The notes under the pieces were generated by a model. That model was not told where the DNA came from. It searched no databases and saw only the letters and a program-made list of their open reading frames with translations. Shown in pieces: positions 9,964-21,085 of a stretch of DNA of 55,792 nt. The stretch comes from Piedraia hortae CBS 480.64. Its lineage: Eukaryota. Where the stretch lies: positions 49,177 to 104,968 of the forward strand of contig MU006008.1 in NCBI GenBank assembly GCA_010093745.1, in the 5' to 3' direction. The position numbers and the translations under genes were made by a program. The stretch's first letter is position 1. The number at the start of each line of letters is the position of its first letter.

Positions 9964-11730
9964 TTATATGGTAGCGAGCGCCCGTTCAAAAACCTCCTTC
10001 AACGTAGCCGAGTCTTCCAGTCCGACGCTGAACCTGACCAGATTCGCCTCACACCCATACCTAGCTGCCCACTCCAGCTCTGTATAATGAGCCAAGATAA
10101 CAAACGGACTGCAAAGCGTGAAATTGGTTCCCAAACTGGGTCCCTTGTGCGTTTGCAAATTATCATGAAAAACCTGAGCGTCCTCGATCCGGTAGAACGT
10201 ACAGCTCAGCAAACCCCCGTACCCCCCATCCGGCAATCTACACCGATCGTAAAACTCTCGCGTATCGCTGCAACGGGGATAATTAACCTGCTTTACAGCC
10301 GGATGTTTCAGCAACAGCTCGCAAATCAGCTCCGCATTGTGGTTCACTCGTCGCGTACGAGATGCAAAATCCCTACTATTTCTCTCGAGGTATATACTAT
10401 CCTCCTCGAAGAGATTATCCTCGTAATCTGTACCCAACACGCGTTTCAACGCGGCATAATGAGGTGAATTTGGATTCACCACGAGTGATCCGCCCATGAC
10501 GTTGCTATCGCCGCTGAACATCTTCGTCAGACTGGAGACGAGGATATCCGCGTACGGGAGTACGTGGACGTTGAGGAAGTTCCCGATCGTCTCGTCGATC
10601 ACGACAGCGAAGTTGTATTTGTCTGCCAATGCGCGGATGCGTGCGAGGTTGGGAGAACGTAAGAGTGGATTGCTGGGGAACTCGCAGAATAAAGCCAGAA
10701 ACTCCTCGCCGTTCTCCAGGCGACGTTCTAAATCGTCGAGGTCGTCGGAGTTGCCTAGACCGTAAAACTGCGCGCCCGGCCCGAACTTTTCGAGGACTTT
10801 GAGTGTGTCGACGTAGGGGAAACCGTACATGACGCTTGGTTTCTTGCCGTTGGCTTTCATCAGGGTTTGGTGGGCGTGGAAAATGGCATTCATGCCCGTA
10901 GGGAAGAGGTAGACGTCGTCTACTGAGAACCCGGAGCGTCGCTCGTTGGAGCTGCTGTCAGGACTGTTTCCGTTAGTGGTTCCATTGGGCTCTTTGACAC
11001 TCAGTGAACCCGCAATTCGTTGGCGAATGGCGAATTTGGCTTGTGCAGCAAATTGGACGTCTAGATTTCTCCCGAATCGCTCTTCTACAAAACGCGCCGA
11101 GTCAGGTTCGACGGCTTCTGGGCTGTCCAGCGAAGCTGACGACTTTTGGTACCGTCTTGGACCTTTATGTGGACGACGCGATGATGGCCGCGCACCAGAG
11201 CCTTCTTCAACCAACGAACCTTCAACGTATGCTTTCTCGCAAAAGTCAGCACGACGACTGGATACGCCTTCCCCAACATGTTGCCAGAAAGCCTTCGCAC
11301 TTGGCCACAGGCTTTTGGGATAGATGACGACTGTTAGTCGGGGTGAAACCCGCTTCTCTATTGGAGATACGTTCTCCTCCATGGGAACAAACTTCAGAGT
11401 TCTGATCAACGATCGATCAACATCTGGATTCTGCTCCAGTATGAACTGAACACATCGTTTCGCGCAGTTTGTCGATGGAAATAACATGGCCTTGTCTGTC
11501 TCTGCAGAGCCGAAATCGTTTACAATCCTTTGCGCCAGTCTGTTGATTGATTTATGAATCATAAATCTCGGATACCCACACTGCATCTTATCCAGCACCC
11601 ATGTCTCGCCTTCCTCGTAGCCAACATTGCATTTCCACGTAGGCAACGATACGCTCACCGCATGCGGTGTATCTGGCGGGATCGCCTCTCCCAGGGTTTT
11701 CTCGCCCAATGGTGGAAGTGTCGTTGCCAT
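9964..11730 (-). CDS. STR2: Cystathionine gamma-synthase (PLP-dependent)
   Basis: PHAVSVSLPTW, GYPRF, EFPSNPLL, SSLTKMFSGDSNVMGG (PLP Lys), KGPSLGTNFTL. Confidence 0.9.
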   Translation of the reverse strand: MATTLPPLGEKTLGEAIPPDTPHAVSVSLPTWKCNVGYEEGETWVLDKMQCGYPRFMIHKSINRLAQRIVNDFGSAETDKAMLFPSTNCAKRCVQFILEQNPDVDRSLIRTLKFVPMEENVSPIEKRVSPRLTVVIYPKSLWPSAKAFWQHVGEGVSSRRADFCEKAYVEGSLVEEGSGARPSSRRPHKGPRRYQKSSASLDSPEAVEPDSARFVEERFGRNLDVQFAAQAKFAIRQRIAGSLSVKEPNGTTNGNSPDSSSNERRSGFSVDDVYLFPTGMNAIFHAHQTLMKANGKKPSVMYGFPYVDTLKVLEKFGPGAQFYGLGNSDDLDDLERRLENGEEFLALFCEFPSNPLLRSPNLARIRALADKYNFAVVIDETIGNFLNVHVLPYADILVSSLTKMFSGDSNVMGGSLVVNPNSPHYAALKRVLGTDYEDNLFEEDSIYLERNSRDFASRTRRVNHNAELICELLLKHPAVKQVNYPRCSDTREFYDRCRLPDGGYGGLLSCTFYRIEDAQVFHDNLQTHKGPSLGTNFTLCSPFVILAHYTELEWAARYGCEANLVRFSVGLEDSATLKEVFERALATI

Positions 11731-11878
11731 GATTTTTTTTGTTGCTACCTACCTCGGCTTCTCCCGCGGTGATATTTTGTGTTCGCAACATGACGTGAAG
11801 TCGATGTCCGAAAGTGGTTAGTCTGGTGCCGATCACCAGAATTTTTTGAAACTTCGATCTGCGATATGAACTGTAAGA

Positions 11879-14800
11879 ATGTCGGCGAATAAACGTAGAA
11901 AGGTCGAGCATGTGTCCGATGAAGAAATGTCATTCGCCAGCTTTATAGATGAAGACAGCCGGGAGAGCAGTGGTACTGACATTAGAAGCGATGGGAGCGT
12001 TCAGAACGACAAAAGGGAAGGATTGAAGGCTGAGAACAGCAATGGGGCTGCTAAGAAGGCACCGCCTCGACATAACCCACAAAAATTGGCAGCTGAAAGC
12101 CTCGCCGCTGTCGGCAAATTCAAGAGCAACACATTTAAACTCCAAATAGATAAATTGTTGGAGCAGATAGCACCAAGGCGTGCGAAACGTGAACAGGCGG
12201 CTGAAGGAGCTCTAAAGGAGTTGAGGAATGCCATTGAACAATTGCCAAAGCAGGATCCCAAAGTTGTCGATGAGGCCGAACGACAACTCTTCAAATCTGG
12301 CAAAATTGCCATTCCGTTTCCTTCTCCTAGTCCGCCAAAGAATGCCGAACTCAAGCTGGAGGTAGGGAAGCCGGCAAAGATCAATGTGACCGGTAGCTAC
12401 GTTCACAGAACAGCAAGCAGGTCGAACAGTCTCCTGGAGATCGACATGATGGTGCAAATGCCCCCAAGCTTGTTTCGGGAACAGAACGTCAAGAATTATC
12501 GTTACTTTTACAGAAGGGCATACTACGTTGCTTGCCTTGCCGCTACGCTTACGCAGAAGCTATCGTATGGGTATAAAATGCAATACGAGTACTTCCGAGG
12601 CGACATGTTGAAACCTATCATAACGGTTTGTCCGGCAGAAGAGAAGGATAAGAAAGCCCACAGCTGGAAAACCAACATCATCCCATGCATTGGCGAGGAC
12701 GTGTTCCCAAAGGAGAAGTTGTATCCCGACAGGGCATGTATTCGGCAAGGAGAAGGGGATGCCCAACCTTCTCCCTTTTACAACTCCTCCCTGCGTGCTG
12801 ACATGCTGATGACTTCCTATCTCAAATTGTTGCACAAAATAGTGGCGTCGTGCGATGCCTTTAGACCGGCCTGCTTGCTTGGCAGCACCTGGCTGAAACA
12901 GCGCGGGTTCACTTCCAACGTGGCTCATGGGGGATTTGGCAACTTTGAGTGGAGTGTCCTCATTGCCCTCCTCTTGACTGGAGGTGGGCCTGGGGACAGG
13001 CTTATCTTGAGTCCAAGTCACAGCAGCTACCAAATCTTCAAGGCTGTGCTACAGATCCTTGCCAAGAAAGATGCCAGTAAGCAGGTTATCTTTGCCTCTG
13101 GTGGAGTCGTTCCTCCCAAAGTTGACGGCTTGCCGGTGATTTGGGATGGTGCGAGGGGACACAACGTCCTTTACAAGATGACCGAATGGTCTTTTGTTCA
13201 GCTTCAGCAGGAAGCGAGGACTACCATCGCTATGCTCAGCGATGAAGCGTTTGATTCATTTGACGCGTGCTTCATCGTCAAGTCAAGTATTGACGAAATG
13301 CGATATGACTACTCCTTTGAGCTGGCTGCGAGTACTATCCCGCCATCCATGTATGGGAAGTTGTACTCTACCCTGAAAAAGGGTCTTGGTGATCGCGTGT
13401 CTCTAATTGCAATCGCCCCGCCACCGTCTCCGTCGTGGCAGTTTGGCTCGGCAAAGCCTACCATACATGCCTCCTCAGTCGTGTGGGTTGGCCTCGTTGT
13501 AAGTCCAGACAGTATCGATCGCACTGTGGATCATGGACCGTCCGCAGAGCAGAAAGAAGAGGCAGCTAAATTTCGAAAATTCTGGGGCGAAAGAGCAGAG
13601 TTACGTCGGTTCAAGGATGGAAGTATCACGGAGAGTTTGATCTGGAACGGTAAGGAACCGATTGTGGAGCAAATTGTTCGCTTCCTCATCAAGAAACATG
13701 TCGATCCAGCGGCGGAGAAGAAAATGAAGTTTCATGGTCAGCAGTTTGCAAAGTTGCTGCCGCATGGCTCCAGTCTGAAGACGTTTCAGCCATTGATGGA
13801 AGCGTGTAAGCAGCTCGAAGCTGATATTCGAGCATTGGAAAACCTTCCACTCACCGTTCGTCAAATCATGCCCGCTGATGCTCAGCTGCGGTTCGCATCA
13901 GTGAACCCTCCAAATCGCGGCAGCCCGCCAGCAGATGTCACGATCCAATTTGAAGCTTCTGCACGCTGGCCAGATGAACTGGCAGCTATTCAACGGACCA
14001 AAATCGCCTTTCTGCTAGACATCAGTCGACGACTAGAAAAAGACTCAGTCGGCAGGCTCCGCTCCCGGGTCGGTCTCGAAAACGGCGACTCTGGCATCTT
14101 GAACCAAGGCTTCCTCGACGTGACCTACGAGTCCGGCCTTTCATTCAGAATACGCATCCACCACGACCGGGAACAATCCCTCTTGGAACGCAGACTAAAA
14201 GATAAAACACTCTCCCCCACCCTCCGCGAATCCACCGCAACAGCTCTATCCCTCTACAAACGCACCTACCTCAAAACCCCCTCCCACACCCAAGCCATAA
14301 CCCGACTCTGCCACCGCTTCAGCGCCCTAAGCGGGGCAATCCGCCTCTTCAAAAAATGGCTATCAAGCCACCTCCTCACCAACCACCTCCGCGACGAAGT
14401 CGCCGAACTCCTCGTCCTGAAAGTATTCATTCACCCATGGCCCTACCCCATCCCCTCAACCCCCCAAATCGGCTTCCTCCGAACCCTCCAATTCCTCTCA
14501 ATATGGGACTGGCGTACCGAACCATTAATCGTTCCCCTAGGAGATACCCCCCACGACCCAACCCCCGCACAATCAAACTTCGAAGCATGGAGAAACCTCG
14601 ACCCGAATTTAAACAGAATAGTCCTCTTCGCTGCCTCATCGCTTGATCCCGATGGGATCACTTATACGGATGGGAGGCCTATTCGGCCTGTGGCCGGCAG
14701 GATAACGGATCTTGCGCGCGCGGCGTGTAGGGCTGTTGAGGTGGGGGAGGGAGGGGTTGCGTTCGCTAGTTCCGTTAGGGATTATGATTTTGTGATTTAC

Positions 14801-15121
14801 CTCTCCTGCCCCGGAGAGGAGGAGAGGAAGTACAAGAACGTCAAGGGCGGGGTGGATTATGCATCCCTGAGGGGGGAGTTTCTCAAGGAGATTGAGGGGG
14901 TTTATGAAGGTTTATTGGTTTTCTTCGCGGGAGAGGAGAGGATCGCTGCGCTTTGGGTTCCGCATGCGGTTGAGAGTAGGATGTGGAAGGTTAGTCTTCC
15001 GTTTTCGACTGTGCCAGAGGGGGAGGGGATGGTGGGGGTTAATAAGGATGGGGTTGTTAATGAGATTGCGAGGTTGGGGGGAACGTTGGTTGAGAGGATT
15101 GAGGTTTTGGGTGGTGAGTAA
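11879..15121 (+). CDS. UTP22: U3 snoRNA-associated protein 22 (Nrap family)
   Basis: KNYRYFYRRAYY, FWGERAELRRFKDGSITESLIW, FEASARWPDELAAIQRTK. Confidence 0.92.
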   Translation: MSANKRRKVEHVSDEEMSFASFIDEDSRESSGTDIRSDGSVQNDKREGLKAENSNGAAKKAPPRHNPQKLAAESLAAVGKFKSNTFKLQIDKLLEQIAPRRAKREQAAEGALKELRNAIEQLPKQDPKVVDEAERQLFKSGKIAIPFPSPSPPKNAELKLEVGKPAKINVTGSYVHRTASRSNSLLEIDMMVQMPPSLFREQNVKNYRYFYRRAYYVACLAATLTQKLSYGYKMQYEYFRGDMLKPIITVCPAEEKDKKAHSWKTNIIPCIGEDVFPKEKLYPDRACIRQGEGDAQPSPFYNSSLRADMLMTSYLKLLHKIVASCDAFRPACLLGSTWLKQRGFTSNVAHGGFGNFEWSVLIALLLTGGGPGDRLILSPSHSSYQIFKAVLQILAKKDASKQVIFASGGVVPPKVDGLPVIWDGARGHNVLYKMTEWSFVQLQQEARTTIAMLSDEAFDSFDACFIVKSSIDEMRYDYSFELAASTIPPSMYGKLYSTLKKGLGDRVSLIAIAPPPSPSWQFGSAKPTIHASSVVWVGLVVSPDSIDRTVDHGPSAEQKEEAAKFRKFWGERAELRRFKDGSITESLIWNGKEPIVEQIVRFLIKKHVDPAAEKKMKFHGQQFAKLLPHGSSLKTFQPLMEACKQLEADIRALENLPLTVRQIMPADAQLRFASVNPPNRGSPPADVTIQFEASARWPDELAAIQRTKIAFLLDISRRLEKDSVGRLRSRVGLENGDSGILNQGFLDVTYESGLSFRIRIHHDREQSLLERRLKDKTLSPTLRESTATALSLYKRTYLKTPSHTQAITRLCHRFSALSGAIRLFKKWLSSHLLTNHLRDEVAELLVLKVFIHPWPYPIPSTPQIGFLRTLQFLSIWDWRTEPLIVPLGDTPHDPTPAQSNFEAWRNLDPNLNRIVLFAASSLDPDGITYTDGRPIRPVAGRITDLARAACRAVEVGEGGVAFASSVRDYDFVIYLSCPGEEERKYKNVKGGVDYASLRGEFLKEIEGVYEGLLVFFAGEERIAALWVPHAVESRMWKVSLPFSTVPEGEGMVGVNKDGVVNEIARLGGTLVERIEVLGGE

Positions 15122-15171
15122 TGAAAGTTTGATGAACGCTGTAGAACATTACATTGAAGATATCTAATTCA

Positions 15172-16140
15172 TTATGCATCACCATACTGTTCCCTAAACC
15201 TCAGCCCACCCCTGGGACCACTTGCCGCCCCTCTTGGTGGTGGGGCGCCGCCGTTCAACTGCGTAAACGCCGCTGTTCTTGGTGTAGGAGCACCGAACGC
15301 GGGCGTAGCCGGAGTTTTTGGCAAATTTAAAAACAACTGTCGGTTCATTTCTCTCCTCTCCTCCTTTGACATGTCCTTCTCTGCATGATACGAAGCGTGG
15401 ATCTTCTTCATCTCAAGGTCAAATTCGCGGCTGGTTTTTCGCTTTTCGGCCTCCTCCGGTGTCGCACGGATGTTGAGGATGGAGAATATGAGGTAGATTG
15501 AGAAGAGAGCGCTGATTACAGTTAGCTTTTACGTCGATGAGGGTTGTTTTACTAACACCATGAGACAGGTCAGTGCGAATGCAGATTGCGCTTGGACGCA
15601 GTAGCTATGATTCCCCTTTGTTGCGTATTTGCATCCCTTGGATAGGTACCAGGGCAGGCCGGGATTTGGATGCTGCTTGTCGCTCATGTCATGGCTGGTT
15701 TCGTTGTGAATGCTGACGGCGTATAGGGCGAGTTCAGCGGCGGAAACCAACGCGCTGATAACTGGAAACCAGCATTTCACTGCAAAGGCACAACTCTTCA
15801 CCAAAAGGATGAATAGAGAAAGGACTGAAATGACAATGTTGTATTGCACCAGTCTGTTCCCCAATCAGCTCGTATGATAGTGGTCAAAGTGGTTGACGTA
15901 CTTCGAACTCCAGATCAACGGAGTGTGTGCTTTCCGATGATTTGCATATTCGTAAATGATCTGGTCCGGGGCTGAATTGAATCCTTCATCGAATCCATTC
16001 TGCCATAACTTGGTGCGGTAAGCGTTGTTATCGGCCAGGCCGAAGAGGACAAGACAGCCGACTATGAGAAGGAGTTCGAAAACAAGAAGACCGGTAAAAG
16101 CTTTAGGCCAGCGCCATCCATGGGCCAGGACGAACGGCAT
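15172..16140 (-). CDS. Fungal membrane protein of unknown function with about 4 TM segments; 3 exons (introns 15901-15854 and about 15557-15513)
   Basis: Three track ORFs join through GT-AG introns into one frame with hydrophobic helices and a PTPRTAAF tail. Confidence 0.75.
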
Positions 16141-16295
16141 TGTTGGAGAGAACGAGGTCCATCTTGGTCGACTCTAGTACCTGCAGGATACCCGCGCAGA
16201 GCTTGTTGGCGTTGTGTGATTGGGTGGAATGGCGCTTCGTCGACCAATGAGATCCGACATCGAACTTCGTCGCCTAACCTTAATTGGAATAGCTC

Positions 16296-17476
16296 CTAAT
16301 TCTTACCCACCTCCTCCCATTGAACTCCCACCCACTCCTCCAAATAGCCCACCTTGCCCTTCTCAACGCCCTTTTGAGCACAATCTTTGCTACACACCCC
16401 TAATATAATCGTCCCCCAATCCATCCCATCCAAGCCCTCCTCCTCAACCTCAAGTTCAGTAATCGCATGCGGCGTAAGCTGCAGTTCAAACACCCTTTTC
16501 ATGCCGCAGTTCTTGCATCCCGGGATCCTACTTCCACCATGTGGGAAGATATTCTTTCCCACAGCATCGTTCCGTGAATAAAGCAAAGGCTGACCATCGT
16601 ATTCGTACCGTAGGACTTGCTCCGGGTTCTGAGCCAATCTATCAGCAAACCGCTGGAATGTCTTGTCCATGCTGCTTTCGAAAAGTGTCTTGTCGTCGCT
16701 GCCGCCCTCGCTACCGTCTACACGGACACCCGAGGGGATTGCTGCTGCTGCTGCTGCTGCGGGATCCGTGTCGAGGTACTCCGTTTCGGCATCGAGGTGG
16801 TATTGAGGGTAAGGGGTGGGGAAGTTAGAAGCCTCTGGCCATGGCTTTACTATGGCTGGCTCAGGCTTGGGCAGTCCGGTGCCGGCTACCTTTGCAAACG
16901 AGTCCGAACTGGGCTTTTGAGCAGGCTTTGCAGCCAAGCTAGATGCACTTGCAAACGGGTTTGAGCCGGAGAAAGGGTTGCTGTTGGACGAGAGTCCCTG
17001 CGGGCGACCAGCATTTGAGCCAAACAACGACTCACCCAAATTGAGCACTCGCTCTTCTTTCGGTTTCGAAACAGCTTCAGCGCTCTCATCCTCCCTAACC
17101 GCCCTGAATCCCCTCACACTCCCTTCCTTACGCCTACAGGCTTTTCGTTTACACGTCCAGAGATATAATCTACGATCATGATTAGGAAATCGAGCAGGCA
17201 AGTCACCGTTGAGCTGTAGTAACAACGTCATAAGTTCATGACACACGGGACATTCCACCAATGCACCAGAAGGTGGCTCATTATGAAGCCAAGTCTGAAA
17301 ATTTAGATAAGTCTGTGCGTTGACTTGGCATGGTGTGTCAGTTTCCATACCGGAGTCCCACCAAGTCGGCTAAACTCGTCACTGGTGGGTTCTTTGGAGG
17401 CATATCCTAGCAAGACATTCGTCGCTACGTTGTCGTCGGCCTCTGAAGAGGAGGAGGAATCTGCTGTGTTGGTCAT
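16296..17476 (-). CDS. TSR4: PDCD2-C domain protein / 20S rRNA accumulation protein; intron 17350-17295
   Basis: VLLGYA..SRLGGTP|TWL, CPVC..LLLQL, NPEQVLRY, FELQLTP, GMDWGTIILGVC. Confidence 0.9.
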
Positions 17477-17648
17477 TGTGGGAGAAATTAACGAGACATG
17501 AAATTATTGTCAAATGTATGCCTTTTCTGGTTTAGCGCGGGCCACAGTGGGTCGTCTATGATCATGGTAAATGGATTTTCCCAGGGCAGAAGAATACAAT
17601 ATAGTTACTCATTAAACGTACAGGGATGCATCTATAGTAATGTGAACT

Positions 17649-19899
17649 TCATGGCCCCCCCGGAAGATAAGCGCCCCCGGCAACGATGAGGTTCATGAGC
17701 GTAAATTCCACCTTGTAGACAGGACTTTGTTTCGTGTGGAAGATGGATATGAGATCCGGAGTCGGACCATTGGCCTTATCCTTTGATTTTGCCGGTCTCG
17801 TCGCCAATGCCGTGTTCTCTGCCGCCTTTGCCGCCAGTGAGTCCCCGTTTGCTTTGGAGGCACTGCCCTCGTTGATGGGCTTTACATCCCAAACACACAC
17901 AGCTTTATTGGCACCGCCAGAGACAAGCACGGTCGACTCCACTGACCAGTCCAAGGACCAGACTGGTAACCTTGAACCAGACCGCATTCGCTTAATGCAA
18001 CTCTGACGTGCAATGTCCCAGAGAAAGATCTCGCCCTTGTCATCGGCGCTGGCGAGAATGGCACCGCTAGGGGCGCATGAGACGGCCGTCACATTGCCAG
18101 TATGGCCGTTGAACTGGCGCTTTCGGTTTCCGTTGAGGAGCTCCCACATTCTCACGGACCGGTCGCCGACGCCGCTACCGGTGAAGACATATGCACCGTT
18201 GGGATGCCAGGCAATGGCCTCAACATCATTGTCGTGGCCGACCAAGATACGTAGCGCCTGAACTTCTGGCGTGCTCCAAAGCCGGGCCGTTCTGTCGGCT
18301 GAGCCAGACAAAAAGTAGTGGCCGTGCGGTGAGAAACGGACATCCCAGACCGGGCTGGTGTGTCCACGATAGACTACAAGATTTGTCCACGAATCCACCA
18401 GCCACAGGCGGATTGTGCAATCAGCCGAGCACGACAAGAGGTACCTTGGACGGCCCTCGCTAGGATCTTCGCCTTCTTTCAGTGACCTGCTGGTCGAGAA
18501 CGATAGACCGTAGACCGGCCCACTGTGACCGACGAGACGCTGGGACATTGCGTGCTGACCGTCAGGTGGTGCAAGCGGCTTTCCATTCATGGAGAACACG
18601 CGGATATATGACTCTGCCGAGCCGATGGCAACCATGCTGTGGTCACCCGAGAATTCGATGCAGTTTACGCTGTCAAACGTATTGTGGAAGGTGAACATTG
18701 TGACGCTCACGCCAGGGCCAACGCCGCCAGTCTTGCCTTCGATCCTAAATCGATCGCGATTTTCTCGTACCCTCTGCACCTCCATCATCACATCCCGCGC
18801 CGTCTTGGGAGGGAACGGAATGGATCCAGCTGGTACAGGATCATCTGATGGCTCCTGCTTTATGCCCTGCTCATAATATTCGACAAGAGACTGCTTCCCC
18901 GGTCCTGGCGGATTGCGAACATCCAGCGAGCGAAGGTCGTCTTTGACATCTTCGATATATTCCGCGTCCATGGGCAATTGACCCAGCCTGACGTTATACT
19001 CTTTGGCGTTCACATCTGGGAGATGACGACTGGCGCCGTGAATGCCACCAGGGCGATGGTCCGGGAGCCCTTCATCCGGCGGCGGACGCTCAAACTCGCC
19101 ATGTTCTTCGTCCATCATCTTCTGCAGGCTCCGCGTCCCGCCTAAAAGGCTCGGCATATGCTGAATGTCAATGTGATCTTGCATTACCTGTAACAGCACG
19201 CTGCCCCCTTCTGTGGACTTAGTTTCCATGAAGTTAATCATTGATCCATAGGTCAGAGTGCTAAGATAGACTCTGTACCTATCGTTCAGGAAACGCTGCG
19301 CAAGTTCATTCTGCTTCAGATGCTCCTTTTCATTAATGCTCTGGAGCTGGATTAGGTAATCCGAAAACTCTTCCATGAATCGGTCCTTGAAGCGTTGGAA
19401 AAACTTGTGCGCGTCATCTGACCAGCCATCGTTGTGGGCATCGAGGTAAGAGTATACAAACAATGGCCAAAGAATGCGCCGGAGTTCGGGTTTGAAGGCT
19501 TCTAAGCCCCGGTCGACCCAATTGATGAACGCGTTGAAGGCTTCGGCGTACTTGGCACCACCGCGATCTTCCAGGCGTGGCTCTATGGGGAGACCCTGGC
19601 TGTCGAGGTTGGCGCTCTCTTTGCGCAGCATGGCCTCTGTCCGTGAGTAGCCCCTCTTCGCGAGATACTCAATGACCTGGAACATATCGTTAGCCATTGA
19701 TACCGACAACTTGCAGCACCGCTACTTTGAAGGCTGATTGCCCCAGCAGCGCGGCAAACAAACTTACGATCTGATTTAAATCTTGCGACGTCGCCGGATT
19801 GTTGCCTCCCGCTGCAGCTGCAGCCTGCGGCGCAGCCCCTGCGGCAGATGGCGGGACCACATTGCTATTGCGCTGGGCGAGCGCCGGTTGGGTAGCCAT
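17649..19899 (-). CDS. TAF5: TFIID subunit 5 (LisH, NTD2, WD40); intron 19767-19677
   Basis: DLNQI|VIEYLAKRGYSRTEAMLRKE, LWPLFVYSYL, WD40 repeats, C-terminal HTKQSPVYKVEFT. Confidence 0.92.
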
Positions 19900-20048
19900 T
19901 ATAGGCGCGATTGCTTTACATTCGGCGACGAGGGGCAAAAGTGCCGCTGGTGGTGGGGAAGTGAAGTTGCGATGCGTCGGTCCGCCCCCGCACTTCGGCC
20001 CGTCCCTCGCGGCATGACCCACGCTTTACAAACTCAATCCACGCATCC

Positions 20049-20546
20049 ATGGAAATCTCTCCGGCAGATCGCATCCGCGAATGTAACGAGATCAACGAGG
20101 AATATGCCAGGCTCCTTGAATATGCCGGCCGTGCCATAAATGCCCTTTCACCTAATGCCCAGTCAGAAGGCGATGCCGAGATGCGAAGGAACACATTTGA
20201 GCATAATGCACGCGAGTTCTTCATTCATCTCCAGTCAGCAACGGCAAAGTGCAAGCGACAGGCATACGCACTAGAGGAAGCGGGAATTATTGTGCACAAA
20301 GTCCCAAAAAGCTATGCGGAACCGGTAGGCATGGCTGCAGGAATGGAATCCCACGGTGCTTTTCACACGGCCAAACGCAAGACCCAGGCAATAACTAACG
20401 GCGGTATGGGCAAACTGGATGTTGGATGGTTGAACAGTCGAGGCAATAAAGTTGGAGCGAAAAAGGAAGCTGAGCTCATGGACGAGGCAAATTCAGTGAT
20501 CAAAGACCTCACTGCTGAAAAAAACGATGCAAGTGAACAACAGTAA
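20049..20546 (+). CDS. MED11: Mediator subunit Med11
   Basis: Helical N-terminus, RQAYALEEAGII and GGMGKLDVGWLNSR motifs typical of fungal Med11. Confidence 0.8.
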   Translation: MEISPADRIRECNEINEEYARLLEYAGRAINALSPNAQSEGDAEMRRNTFEHNAREFFIHLQSATAKCKRQAYALEEAGIIVHKVPKSYAEPVGMAAGMESHGAFHTAKRKTQAITNGGMGKLDVGWLNSRGNKVGAKKEAELMDEANSVIKDLTAEKNDASEQQ

Positions 20547-20613
20547 TTACTGGGGGCAACGGTTGGAGTAGGCTTGTGCCAACTGGTAAGATTCTGGGAG
20601 GCTGGTGGCTTAT

Positions 20614-20861
20614 TGTCATGACACAAGGCTAAAGACGAGGGGTCGGGGTCGAGGGATCGATGAGAGACAAGAGTGAGAGGCTCAAAGCAATGGGCTATGG
20701 GCTAGAGGACTGCGTAGACCCAATGTAGACAGAGAACAACGCATGAAGAAGAGAAGAGAAAAGTCAGTGCTGCCTGAGTATGTGCCGCCGAGTGGGGCCA
20801 CTAGACTCGGGCCGCGGACGGACCGGGCCCTTCCGCGTGACGAAGGCCCTGAGTTCTGACA
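20614..20861 (-). mobile_element. Solo LTR, family C (248 bp)
   Basis: TGTCA...TGACA termini; perfect 5-bp TSD CTTAT (20609-20613 / 20862-20866); inverted homolog at 53013-53257. Confidence 0.88.
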
Positions 20862-21085
20862 CTTATGGATGACTTGAACATGACGTAATGTCTAGCTCTT
20901 TCTGGTAAAGCGTTGTCAGAGCTAGGCCAAACATGGCAAATGATCCTCTAGCTCTCCGTATCGGCGCAAGCTGATACTCATCTCAACGACAAACCAGACA
21001 ACATGGGCCGTTCGCTCGTCAAACGGGAAAGAGACAAGGTCTTTTGAGTAAATAAATTCTCTACCTTTTCACAATCACGATCCAT

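Noticed and set aside
20890..20927. 10-bp hairpin (CTAGCTCT/AGAGCTAG) as a possible H/ACA snoRNA
   Set aside because: No clear second hairpin or ACA box; a single short stem is expected by chance
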